From contig OX597818.1 in NCBI GenBank assembly GCA_951406725.2, positions 108,872,001-108,936,000 of the forward strand: a stretch of 64,000 nucleotides of DNA, in the 5' to 3' direction. The position numbers were made by a program, and so were the translations under genes. A model generated the notes under the pieces. The model had not been told where the DNA came from. It did no database searches and worked only from the letters and a program-made list of their open reading frames with translations. This DNA comes from Octopus vulgaris (lineage: Eukaryota). This document shows, piece by piece, positions 13,731-26,472 of this stretch; position 1 is the first letter of the stretch; each line of letters opens with the position of its first letter.

Positions 13731-13902
13731 GTTTAGGATGAATGTTGCTGTAATTTAGCCCCTGGACACATTCTCTCCTGCTAGTTATACGACATGATCT
13801 GTGTCCTTATATTTTCAAACAAAGGAATCTAGCACCCCCACTCAGCTCAAAACAATATCTGTGTATCACGATTCCTGGGTTATTTCCCTTCATCAGCACA
13901 GA
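13731..13902 (-). mobile_element. Dispersed repeat carrying a hammerhead-like motif (Penelope/retrozyme-like)
   Basis: 13731-13858 matches, as reverse complement, 26345-26472; partial third copy near 25118-25200. Confidence 0.7.
13858..13902 (-). ncRNA. Degenerate minimal type-I hammerhead ribozyme
   Basis: UCUGUG CUGAUGA A-GGG AAAUAA CCC-A GGAA UC GU GA UA CACAGA: perfect 6-bp stem I, CUGAUGA core, stem II, GGAA in place of GAAA, short stem III, UA cleavage site. Confidence 0.6.
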
Positions 13903-14033
13903 ATAATTATTCAGCTAGAGGTGGCGCTGCCAAATTTCTGTTTGAAATATATAATTTTCAAAGTGACAACTAGTCACTGACGTATAAATTAGAAAATGGG
14001 ATTAGTTTAGGGGTGATAATTCTCATTCTAAAC

Positions 14034-14367
14034 CAGTGGTTCCCAAACGTTTTCAGGCTGCCGTCCCCTTGACACACAGGCCACATTCCTAGTGACCCCA
14101 CCCCAACCAACCATCCAAAACATAAACCTCTTTCTGAAGCAAATTCAAAGCAACTGTATCCCAACCAACCATCCCAAACATAAACCACTTTCTGAAGCAA
14201 ATTCAAAGCAACTGTACCTCACAAATAAAACTTAACCTCATCAACCCATTATTTTGTTGTTTTTACATGAATCACCACCCCCATTGTCATTCCACTTTTC
14301 TTCAACACCCTCTTGAAACTTTCCACTGCCCCCAGGGGAACAGTACCACCCACTTTGGGAACCATTG
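14034..14367. mobile_element. hAT (Charlie-like) MITE
   Basis: TIRs cagtggttcccaaa / tttgggaaccattg; TSD ttctaaac / ttctaaag (7/8); internal tandem duplication of about 58 bp at 14101-14218. Confidence 0.85.
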
Positions 14368-14439
14368 TTCTAAAGTGTTGTCCTTCCAGTCAGCAATGAA
14401 GCAGGGCTACTAATTATAAAAGATGTAGCTTAGCTTTTA

Positions 14440-14830
14440 TATTATTTACTTGTTTCAGTCATTAGATTGTGGCCATGCTGGAGTACAACCTAGAAAAATT
14501 TATAGTCAGATGAATCGACCACAGTACCAGTTTTTAAAACCTGGTTCGTATTATATCAGTCCCTTTTGCTAAACCACTAAGTTACAGGGATGTAAACACA
14601 CCAACACTAGTTGTCAAGTAGCGGTGGTGAACAAACACACACACACATATGATGGGCTTCTTTCAGTTTCTGTTTACTGAATCCACTCACAATGCTTTGG
14701 TCAGTCTGATTCTGTAGTAGAAGATACGTGCCCAAGGTGCCGTGCAGTAAGACTGAACCTGGAACCAAGTGGTTGGAAAGCAAGCTTCTTACTACACAGC
14801 CATGTCTGCATCTATAACCATGCCTGTGCC
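14440..14830 (-). mobile_element. tRNA-derived SINE, family B
   Basis: Reverse-complement similarity to the full-length copy at 24156-24567. Confidence 0.8.
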
Positions 14831-16174
14831 TACAGTTTGACCAAATAATTCACTTAGTAATTATTGATATGTCACTGTTTTCAAAAACGGTCAATACTGA
14901 AGATTTATTTGTTTCGAATTCTTTATTCACAGTTTTACTGCATATTGTTTCAGCCGTGTTATCTAAACTTATATTCATCACAATAAATATGTAAGCAGGA
15001 GATATTTCTGTTTTTGTGTATTTTAGGACTGGCCACCAAGATTTTGCATCACCATCCAATAAAACTCTCATGTAACAAGCTTGCCAGATAAATGATCCTA
15101 TATTTATAAATATTTATATATGATCTGTGTGTGTGTGTGTGAGAGAAAGAGGGAAAGAGAAAGGGTATGTGTGTGTGTGTGTGTGTTTATTCATACATAA
15201 TTTTTATCCTGCAACAGCAGAACAATGCATTGATAGCAAGGAATCATTCACACAGATCTGTGCAAATGATTCGTTGCCAAAACCAATATAGAACCATATG
15301 AACTAGAAAAATAGGAGGTAATACTAAAATAACACTGGAAATAATAAGCAAAATACTAGAATAATAGGCAATTCAGAAACCCCAGCAGAAAATAAAGGCC
15401 TTACATATTATATAAAAGACAAATATTTGATTGCCTGTAGACACCTAAAAGATAATCATTATTTCTTAAATCATTTTTATCTGTTAGCAACACATAATTA
15501 ATAGGAACAATGGAAAAATTAAATTTTCATTATTTTGGAGAGAAAAGTCAAAATCAGTGGGATCAGCTGGATAATTGCAAGTCTAATTTTTAAAATTTTC
15601 TTCCATAAAATTAAATTTTACACTTATCTTCAGAAATAAAAGTAACTGAAACAATTTTATTTTGATTATATATTTGAGATCGATGAATGAGAGAATTTTC
15701 AAGATTTTCAAATTTCTGTCTCAAAATTTGGAAGAATAGGGTGGCTTAGCTACAATAAAACAAACAAGTTGTTCGGCAATACAAGCTTAAACTGTTCGGT
15801 TTTAGAACCCTAACTTTAAACATCTACCTTAAACAAAGTGAGAATCTTTGCAAATATGATTGGTTGATTGGAAATAGAGAACAAATCCTCCTTAGATTGG
15901 ATCACACCCTACTATCTTCACCAGAAAAAAAAAAAAGAACAAATAGTCACAGATGGAATATCTTCGATCATAGGTTTGTTTGATCAGAGCTGATCCAGGC
16001 CTAGATAACAATACCTGTTATATTCACATTGAAATAGGACACATTTTCTGGTTGTTTCTTACCTAATTTTGATTTACAATTAACTTTACAGCCAGCCCTC
16101 GGCATTTAAACATTTGAATTTCATCTCTACCATTTCTGTGTGTGTTAGATGGAATAGCAATTCTCTCTCTCTCT

Positions 16175-16320
16175 CTCTCTTTCTCGGTGTGCATGTGTGT
16201 GTGTAGTCCACAAGATCTGTCTGTTTCATTTTAGTGCACCCCAGACATTGTCTCTTTCTCGGTCTGCTGTGTGTAGTCCACAAGATCTGTCTGTTTCATT
16301 TTAGTGCACCCCAGACATTG
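16175..16320 (+). repeat. Local tandem duplication with an identical 52-bp core
   Basis: gtgtgtagtccacaagatctgtctgtttcattttagtgcaccccagacattg occurs twice. Confidence 0.95.
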
Positions 16321-16379
16321 AAAAATTCTAGGGATATAAAAATTGTATATATCTTGAGACCTGCCTCTGTATGGATATA

Positions 16380-17521
16380 TGAGATGGTATCAAAAAGTTC
16401 CCAGACTAGTTATGTTTAATAGAAAATAACTTATCTACCAAAGTCTTAACATTATCTCCTTTGAAATAGTCGCCCTGCATGGCTATACACTGGGCCCAGC
16501 ATTGCTACCACTTTTGGAATCCAGCCTGGAAGTCATTTCCCATAAGTGAGTGAGTGAAGGACCTTCTGTGATTTGCTCTTGATCTCAACCACAGTGTTAC
16601 AATGAGCTGCCTTTTCATCTTGGGGAAGAGATGGAAGTCTTCAGGTGCTAAATCTGGTGAATGGGGCAGGTGGGGAAGTGATACTATGTTGTGTTTAGCA
16701 AGACACTCACGAGTGAGGAGAGCTTGGTGACAGGGTGCAGAAGAAGCCAATTCTTAGGGCTCCACAAATCCGGTTCCTTTCGCCGAATGTCCTCCCTCCT
16801 CAAAATGTCACAGTGGAACTCTTGATTGATGGCCTGGCCCTGGGGGAAGGGGGTGAATTCTTGATGCACAATACTGTGGATGCCGAAATAAACAATGAGC
16901 ATGCTCTTGGTTGAGCTGCGGCTCTGTCATGCATTCTTCATTTATGGAGATGAAGGGCTCTTCCATTGTGATGACTGCTGCTTCATCTCAGGGTCATACC
17001 CATAGACTTAAACCCCTGTCACTGGTGATGATCCTTCACATAAAGACAGATGGATCATCAGCAGCACACTGATGGAGATCACGACAGACTTCAATGAGAT
17101 GTTTTTTCTGCTCAGCGGTCAGCAGGTGAGGGACAAACATGGCAGAGACATGCCACACATTCACTTCAGATGTTAGGATTGCCCACACAGACCAACATCA
17201 TCACCAATGTCACTGATTGTCCTCTGATGATTCTCATGCACAAGCTGATGAATTTTCCCCACATTGCCGAGGGTGATGCTCATGGCAGGTCTTCCAGGTT
17301 GCTCATCGTCTTCTAGGGAGGGATGTTCTTCTGCTTTTGAAGAGCTTGTGCCGCACAGACATGATCACAGAAACACAAATTTTACAACTTGCGAATTAAA
17401 CACGTCACTCAGCACACTTCCTCATGAAGGTCACTGCTAGCTCTCACTGAGCACACAACCATGTGTTGCCATCTGTTGGTGCACTACAGAACTAGTCTGA
17501 GAATTTTTTGATACCATCTGT
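16380..17521 (-). mobile_element. Defective mariner (Tc1/mariner) transposon with both TIRs
   Basis: TIRs agatggtatcaaaaagttcccagactagtt / aactagtctgagaattttttgataccatct, TA on both flanks. Frameshifted transposase motifs IITSD..YDPEMKQQSSQW, MLIVYFG..SIVHQEF..QGQAIN and PHSPDLAPEDFHLFPKMK (YSPDLAP-D motif). Confidence 0.93.
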
Positions 17522-17835
17522 TAGATAAATACATATCTTTTGAATTCAAATTTTGACACAAGGCCAGCAACTTTGGGGGAGAGGATAAGTCTCAACTGGT
17601 ACATATTTTAATGACTCTGAAAGGATGAGAGGCAAAGCCAACCTAGGCAGAATTTGAGCTCAGAAAGTGAGACAGATGAAATGCCACTAAGCATTTTTGC
17701 CAGCTCACCACCTCACACACACACATAAACAAGTGATGCAAGTTGTATACATCAATTGATGTATATTAATGGGCATGTACAACAAGTACTTAGATCAGTT
17801 TACCACAAAAACTCCAGCTTGAAGTACAAATGGGA

Positions 17836-18088
17836 ATCATCATCATCATCGTTTAACATCCGCTTTCCATGCTGGCATGGGTTGGACGGTCTGACTGGGA
17901 ACTGGCAAGCCAGTAGGCTGCATCAGGCTCCAATCTGATCTGGCAAGATTTCTACAGGTAGATGCTCTTCCTAACACCAACCACTCTGAGAGTGGAGAGG
18001 GTGCTTTTTATGTACCACCAGCATGAGGGCCAGTCAGGTGGTACTGGCATCGACCACTCTTGAATGGCGCTTTTTACATACCACTGGA
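17836..18088 (-). mobile_element. RTE LINE 3' tail copy
   Basis: (CAT)n followed by cgtttaacatccgctttccatgctggcatgggttgg; same family as 20-200. Confidence 0.85.
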
Positions 18089-18279
18089 AGAAGGTGTTGA
18101 AATTCCCAGGCAAATTCATAATACCTTAACATGATCCACTTGCTCAGGTATTCTAGAAACAGCTGTAAGGGACTTTATTTATCTACCGTAACTATTCCAT
18201 AATTCATTTGTACTCTTTTTTATTATGAAGTAAATATCCTTGAGTAACGCCAAATGCTTCACTTGTCCATCTTCCATTT

Positions 18280-18560
18280 TTGATCTCTATATATTACAAA
18301 CATATATGATAAGGTAAAACTAGCAGAAAACTCACTCTGAAAACATACGGTCTTTTAGAACATATAATCACCAGCCTCTCAACTTCATTAAATGCAAAAT
18401 TATTGCTGTCCTTGATCTCAGCAAATCCTTCAACCATCCCAACACTTAGATTGGAAAGTTATGTTTCAGATAGTTGTATTGCAGTATAGGCTGCCAGAGA
18501 TCTGTTTGAGCCAGGTTCAATCAACTCCAGAGCAAATCAAAACTCCTCTTGTATATTCTT
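18280..18560 (+). mobile_element. Possible highly decayed LINE RT fragment
   Basis: LDLSKSFN near 18410-18434 resembles the RT LDxSKAFD motif; little else is recognisable. Confidence 0.3.
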
Positions 18561-18922
18561 CTTTCTGCACAGGGAAAGCCTTTCAATCACAAAAACTGCT
18601 ACAAACATCAATATCATAGGCATAGGAGTGAGTGGAAAGAGAGGAGGTTATGACACTTGCATTGCAACCACATGGTTCAAAGTTGTTCTGCTGTAGGGTA
18701 CTATGGAACAAATACATTCTACCTTAGTCTCAGATAAACCAAAGGCTTGGAAGTGGAAATCTGATGCACAAAAATTGTAGGTGTGTAAACATCAAAACTC
18801 CGTAAGACCCAGAAACACCAATGACAATGCATTTCAGAGCAGCAGTGAGATGTATCCTGGAACTGTCCATCCCATGCAAGCACGGAGAAACAGATGTAAA
18901 ATGAATGAATGAAGCACGTGCA

Positions 18923-18965
<43 letters not shown>

Positions 18966-21900
18966 CACATGCACACACATATACATACATACATATATGT
19001 GTGTGTGTGTGTGTCTGTCCCCCACCACTGCTTGACAACAGATGTTGGTGTGTTTAGTCCCCATAACTTAGCAGTTCAGCAAATAAGACCAATAGAATAA
19101 GTACCAGGCTTTAAAAAGACAAAAAAAAGTACTGGGGTTGATTCATTCCACTCCAAATTCTTTAAAGTGGTGCCCCAGCATGACCACAGTTTATTGACTC
19201 AAACAAGTAAAAGATAAAATGTGTGCGTGTGTGTATGTGAGTACATGTGTCTGTATCCACACTGACAAGTGTGCGTTTTGTATGGTTATCAAAAGGAAAT
19301 AAACTTGAAAGAAGAATCCCAAAAGCTGCTGCTTTGAACAGGTTTTAAAACTGATGTTGCTATGAATAAATAACCAAAGAATTCAAGAGGTAAAAAAAGA
19401 GTTGAGTTTCAAGCAATATTGAGTGGTCAAACTTTTATAGATTTTACATCATTCAACATGATTAATCACTCGTGCATGAGAAAGAAGAGTACCTGATGAA
19501 TGAATGAAAAAAAAAAAAAACACAAAAAAACTAAGTAACAAAACACATCACCGGGAATTGAAACTGGTGTATTGTACTTATTGACAAAATGAAATTACCT
19601 GCTGCAGCATTTGTTAGATTGAAAATTTGGTCAGCTATGCTTCCTTAATTTGCTTCTTCTGGTGAAGGCAGAGAAGTTAATCATAAATAGCTGCAAGTGA
19701 AGCTGTTCTCCATACTATTTGTTAACACAATAACATTCATTTAGTAAATAAACTTGTTAGAAGGGGAGGTCAGTGGATGTGAATGCTGTGGTCAGTGAGG
19801 CAGAGGAAAACTAAAATGGGCAACTGAATTCTTTCAAACCTTGATTCTTTCATCTCCAAAGACTTGTCAATGTGATTAAGTTGGAATATATGGCTGATCA
19901 AATTTGGGAGGAGGTGTCATTATTTCAGGTTAACAATGAAGTAAATGTCTAACTACATTTGGAAATAGACTTAGTCCAAGTCAATGCTTTGTACAAAGTA
20001 TGGTGAAGCAATATTGTATGGAAGGGTTGGATAAAGAAGTCAGTGCAAAACAGGTTGAAACAAATTGGTTATTACAATAGAACGGTTGAGTGTAACAGTA
20101 GCAGAATACTCAAAGTTTGACTGCAAGTGGGAATATTGATCGAAGACACCAGTGAAAAGAAAAATAGGTTTTAAAAATGTTTTTCTAAATAATTTGTGCG
20201 AAATTTATGAGAAAATCCAACAAGAGATATTACTACACAAGAATATCATAAACTACAGAAAATTATTTCGACAGACACAAACACAAAATTATTAACAGCC
20301 TCATTGCAATAGAAATTATAAAGAAAATTAAAAGAAAAAAAAATTACATAAAATAAAACAGTTATAAAAAAGTAAATGAGAATTATTGATACATTAAAAT
20401 CCATGATTATAAAGATATAAAAAAACATGCTCTCCTACTATTTGATGTAACATTACAAATAAAATGTCTAACTATAAACTGACAAGAACTTTAAAAGAGG
20501 ATATGGGAAGAGGAGAAGGAGAAAGAAAGCTACGGAGAAGTGTATAGTTTGTATGTTATGTAAAGTCTTGTATGATGAGGTGGAATTAACTGTTGGAGCA
20601 TAGAGCATAAGAATACTAATAAAGATTTATCCAATTGTCTTTTTGAATATTGCATACACGAAGAAGAGACCATCTAGTTAGGGAGATATTTAATCAATCA
20701 TAAAACCGTCATCTATCTCTCTAGTCATCCATTCTTTAATTTGTTCATCTGCCTCACCAAGTGTACGGACAACAAATCCCCAGAAGCAATAAATACTGAT
20801 GACATCTGTGAAAGATGCCTTCAGAGTAAAGAAACCATCAACTGGAGAAAATTTTATCCACTGGAGAGGAATGGGATAAAGGGTAGGTAGAATGGCTTGG
20901 GTTGGTCTTGAAGGGAAAGAAAATAAGTGAAACAGGGATGGGAAGAGAGGAAGAGAAGATATGGAAAGGTGCTCAAAGGAAATTACTGAAATGCAACCAG
21001 CCACAGAAAATACACGGAATCTAGAAGAAACAGCAAGGTAGTAACATATTATTATAAGATATAAGCACGGGAGTAAATAAAAAAATAAGGTTATATATTA
21101 AATAGGCTATGGGCTATTCAATAGCAAATAGAAAATATATGTATGGTGGCAAGAAGCTATTGCATTTTCAGTAAAATAGCATTGTGTAGACGGAATAAGA
21201 AAAAGGGGGGAAAATGAGAATAAACTTAGGAGAGGTTGCATATGTAGGAAAATAGATTTACCATTTTATGGGGAGAAACCAGTACAAATTACTCATCGAA
21301 TAAAGAATACTAGCCATTAATGGAAACTAATGTTTAAAAGCATTACAATCTATTTGATTTCGTATTGTTATCATTTTTCTTCATCTTGCTCATCAGTTTT
21401 GCTTTTGTAAAATAATACAGAAGAGAGTATGAAAGAATTAGATTTCATTAAGGATTCAATTATAGGTTGTTGTTTATTTATTTATTTTTTCATATATAAT
21501 TTTATTTCAGCTTTTGGAAGAAGAGTATTTGAGTAGAATTAAAAGAAAATATGAAGGGTCCATAGTGTAGTTAGCAGTGAAGATTACAATTCAGATAACT
21601 AATTGAAACTATACATGTTAATGGTAGCAGTGACAGCTATGATTTTAAAAATTAAACCTGGAAACCGGTATATTTAAACATCAGTGATAAATTTTAATAC
21701 ACACCTGTGCCTTGATTAGTTTAAGGGATTTTTGAGAAATGGAGGAAACACTTTTAAGAAGGTATTAATATTATTGCAAAGAGAACCGGTAGAATTACTG
21801 TAAACACAGAAAACATTGTTTCAGAGGTGAACAGAGTAAAATTTTTAAAGCCATCAATGAATTACATTTCAGAATACTTTTACAAATCAAGTAAATTTCT

Positions 21901-23248
21901 GTAATGAATTACTTAAAAACCAAAAAAATGGAAGTAATCTGTCAAAATATCAGTATTTTTTAAACGAATCCACCCCCTTCCCTGCACAGATTTTACTACT
22001 ACTACTACAACAACAACGCTGCCGCCACCGCTACCACCACCACCAACAACAACAACAACAACAAGCATTCAAATGCTTTAAAAATTGTGCACTCATTTGC
22101 GGATGTGTGTATGCTGAACAAATATTAACAATGAGGGATGCCTCAATTGGGTTGCTCCACATGCTGGAAATAACAGCCAAATCTCTGAAATTTTTTTTTT
22201 TATTTTACAAAATTTCAGTTTTGCTAAATCTGGTTTTCAGAATAATGACACGTACTCCACAGAAACGAGGAATGCATCAACACCTGTTACCCATCTCCAT
22301 CAACCAACTGCCAGCAAACAATTAGGTAAAAATGTTACTTGTCCTTTCATTAACGAGATGGTGGATTAGAATTTTCATTAATTGAATTCTGCTTCTCTCT
22401 GCAATGGTACAGAATGAGTTTCAAATCATTTTTTAATTTTTTGAAACATGGCCATTTGTCTGCAATTTTATTCGATCCTCACAGACCCAGCTAAGGGGAG
22501 AAGGGGACTGTGCAACTGCACAACCATTCTCTCTAGCATGTGGTGCAACCACATGATGTCAGCTGGTTTCACATGCAACTACACAGGTAAAAACATCTTG
22601 ATGGTTGGTATAGAAGTAGAACAGAGTAGAGGTATTCACCAAGAGTGAGAAAAGTGAAGTTTTTCAAAAAATTGGATTGAGGGAAGGGAGATTCATTTTT
22701 CTTAAATCCCAAATTGTAATCTGTATTTTATTCATGTGAAAATTCATCCCTCAAGAATTTTTTTTTAAAAATTTGTTTATAATTGAATAATGGGAAGCGG
22801 ATTTGTGGGGCAAAATTGTTATCTCTAATGCTGAAAACAGAAATTTGAAAACATTTTTAAAGAATACAAAAGGTGGAAGTGTATGCAACACAGCTGCCTC
22901 TATATGCTTATGAATGCATACAGGAGACTGAGTGTGTATATAGGGAAGGTGCATGACCTAGTGATTAGGGTGTGGCACTCTGGATTGCTAGATTGTGGGT
23001 TTGATTCCTGGACTGAGCATCACATTGTGTTCTTAAGAGAGACATTTTATTTCACGTTGCTGCAGTTCAGTCAGCTATAAATGGGTAATGCTATGATGGA
23101 ACAGCCTACCGGTCACCTAGCTAGCAGGATGGCAGCATTCAAAGGCTAAAACAATGCAAAGTATCATGTATAACAACATGATACACACACATACATGCAC
23201 ACATATGCATACATACACATCATCATCATCATCTAACATCTGCTTTCC

Positions 23249-23390
23249 ATGCTAGCATGGGTTGGACGTTTTTGACTGTGGGCTGGCGAACCAGATGGCC
23301 GCACCAGGCTCCAATCTTGATCTGGCAGAGCCTGGTGCAGCCATCTGGTTCGCCAGCCCTCAGTCAAAATCGTCCAACCCATTCTAGCAT
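23249..23390. repeat. Fold-back inverted duplication of an RTE tail (63-bp arms, 16-nt loop)
   Basis: 23249-23311 versus reverse complement of 23328-23390: 59/63 identical. Confidence 0.95.
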
Positions 23391-24155
23391 ACATACATAC
23401 ACATACAAATGTATATGTACAAATGTATCTGCCTATAGTTTGTGAGGTTGAGAGTTTTGAGGTTCAGTCATGACACGTCTAACACAGCCCCAGGCTGACT
23501 CTTCAGTGGAAACTGAGAGAAGCCTCTCATGTGTATGCATGTGCATATCTGTGAGAATCTTTGAGAGGTAAGTGGCGTCATTGCTTATATCCCCACCACC
23601 ACCACCGTCAACAAACTTCTCTGCTGGTTTTGTGCCTGTGTGGAATAAGGACCAGTAAGGTTAAGCATTCAGGACATTATCTGGTCAAAGACAATGCTTC
23701 AGTTATATACTTGTCTAAACCACACTGGCATGGAATAACAAATATAAAAAGCAAACAAACAAAATACATATAGATGTGTGTGTCTGTGTGTCTGAACTTA
23801 CGTTTACATTGCTCTAAAAACCTGGTACTGATTATATCAGTAAGTTAGCAGTCTGACAAATGAAGATCAATAAAATAAGCACCAAGCCAAAACAAGTATA
23901 GGTGTTGATGCAAGGAGTTTGTTCCCAACCTCATGGTTCCAGGTTCAATCTCACAGCATGACACACTGTCTTCTACTACAGCCCCAGGCCAACCAAACAA
24001 AGCCTTGTGAATGGATTTGGTAGCCAGAAACTGGAAGGAGCCTGTTGAATACATGTGTGTGTGTGTGTGTGTGTCTTTGTCCCATACTATTGTTTCATAA
24101 CTGTTGTGGGTTTGTTTATGTCAGCGCAGGGTTTTCGCAAAAAAACAAAAACAAA

Positions 24156-24567
24156 GCGCAGGAGTGGCTGTGTGGTAAGTAGCTTGTTTACCACCACATG
24201 GTTCCGGGTTCAGTCCCACTGCGTGGCACCTTGGGCTAGTGTCTTCTACTATAGCCTCGGGTCGACCAAAGCCTTGTGAGTGGATTTGGTAGATGGAAAC
24301 TGAAAGAGGCCCGTCGTATATATGTATATATATATATATGCATGTGTGTGTTTGTGTGTCTGTATTTGTCCTCCTAGCATTGCTTGACAACCGATGCTGG
24401 TGTGTTTATGTCCCCATTACTTAGTGGTTCGGCAAAATAGACCGATAAAATAAGTACTGGGCTTACAAAAGAATAAGTCTCGGGGTCGAGATGCTCGATT
24501 AAAAGCGGTGCTCCAGCATGGCCGCAGTCAAATGTCTGAAGCAAGTAAAAGAGTAAAAGAGAGTAAA
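24156..24567 (+). mobile_element. Full-length tRNA-derived SINE, family B, nested in an older copy of the same family
   Basis: Head tggctgtgtggtaag (A-box-like) and gggttcagtccc (B-box-like); central ccttgggc...gtcttctactatagcc; (gagtaaaa)n tail. Host copy at about 23900-24130 resumes at about 24580. Confidence 0.88.
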
Positions 24568-24789
24568 ACAAAAAGAACAAGTGCCAAACTTTAAAAATAT
24601 AAGTACTGGGGTCAATTTATCCAGTTAAACACTTTGAGGCCACAGTCCAATGAGTGAAACAGAGAAAAGATAATAGAAACCTTTCAATGTGATGCCCATA
24701 CATGGCTGCAATCCAGAATGTGTGTGTATGTGAGTAGATGAATAGATAAACATACACACGTACATGCATGTAATAATGTAGTATATTCA

Positions 24790-25016
<227 letters not shown>

Positions 25017-26344
25017 AAAACTGAACAAGGAGACAAACTCTTGGGATGTTGTTAAGCCTTATATATCTCGAACTCTTCTACATATAAAGTGATAGTATGT
25101 TGTCAACTTAATGAAAAGGAAGAATGCTACTGTTATTTAACCCTAGGAAACACTGTTTCCTGTTGGACTTGACACATTTTCTGTGTCCTTATGTTTGTCT
25201 TCATTTTGAAAATTTTAGCCAAATGAATTAATCCCAGTACTTTTTTAAAGCCTGATATTTATTCTATCCATTTCTTTTGTCGAACAACTAAGTTACAGAT
25301 GCATAGACACACCAACATCAGTTGTGAAGCAGTGACACACACAAGGCTTTGGTCAACCTGAGGCTGTAATAGAAGAACTCGCCCAAGACAATCATTGGGA
25401 CTGAACCCAGAACCATGTGGTCAGGAAGCAAACTTGTTACCACACAGCGACGCCTGCATCTATAAGTATTTACATTTTCAAAACAACTTTTACATGGTCT
25501 TTGTATATCTGCACAAAAACGCTTTTAGAAAATATATGCACACACATAAGAGAGAGAGAGAGAGACAGAGAGGGAGGAAGAGAGAGAGAGGGAACATAGA
25601 AATAATTGTGGAAGCATATCAAGCAATACTGATAATCAATAATGTAGCATATTAAAGTGCAATAAATTATAATAAATTCTTTACTAATATGTTTAATGGC
25701 ATTTTTTTTATTGAAGCTGTTCTAATGAAAAAGAAAACAAAATTACATCAAGCCATTATATTTTGTAAATCAATAAAACACAGAAATTAATATTGTTATA
25801 TTCATTAATAGCATTATCAATATTATTATTGTTAAGAGTGGGCAATGAATTGGCAGAAACGATGGAGTACCAGGTTAAATGCTTACAGTATTATTTAATC
25901 TTGCTTCTATATTCTGAATCCATATTCCATCAGGGTCGACTGATTTAATCCTCTTGAGGTCACTAATGTACACAAGTCATTTCAATTGACTATATTCAAA
26001 CTCATACATAACGAAAATGGCTTTGTGATTTAGTCAAATGAAATGAATATTTTGTTGAAAGGTGAGTTAATAGACATGATACTAAATGCTTTAAACTATT
26101 CAGATGTGTTCAAGTCCTAGGAGGGTTGACTGCTTTTATTCTATCAGTATGATTACTATAAATAGGTACCAGTAATATACTGTTAATCAAATTGATCACC
26201 TTTTCTAAACTACTTCTGTGTCGAAGAAACATGTCAGTTATTGACGGTGGTAAAGTGTAACTTTATTTGGAAAATTACTATTTGTAAATCTCACAGCGAG
26301 AGATACTCAGCCACAGTACTTTCAAGTAAAGATTGTTTGCCAAC

Positions 26345-26472
26345 ATATTGTTTTGAGCTGAGTGGGGGTGCTAGATTCCCTTGTTCAAAAATGTAAGGAC
26401 ACTGATTGTATCGTATAGCCAACTGGAGATGATGTCTCCTGGGGCTAAATTACTGCAACATTCGTCCTAAAC
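26345..26472 (+). mobile_element. Second copy of the hammerhead-associated repeat, lacking the ribozyme core
   Basis: atattgttttgagctgagtgggggtgctagattcc...ggggctaaattactgcaacattcgtcctaaac matches 13731-13858 inverted. Confidence 0.8.

Noticed and set aside
13912-13931. CTCF-like AGGTGGCGC motif (also ccaacagatggca inside the mariner)
   Set aside because: Partial match only, and within repeats; cannot be supported without ChIP data.
19599-19658. Exon-like minus-strand segment with AG/GT ends
   Set aside because: Stop codons in all three frames.
20480-21330. Purine-rich stretch that may be an old LINE ORF1 remnant
   Set aside because: Too decayed; no motif I can name with confidence.
24156-24230. 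tRNA-like sequences at SINE heads
   Set aside because: A/B boxes only, continuous with SINE bodies; I could not establish a complete cloverleaf.
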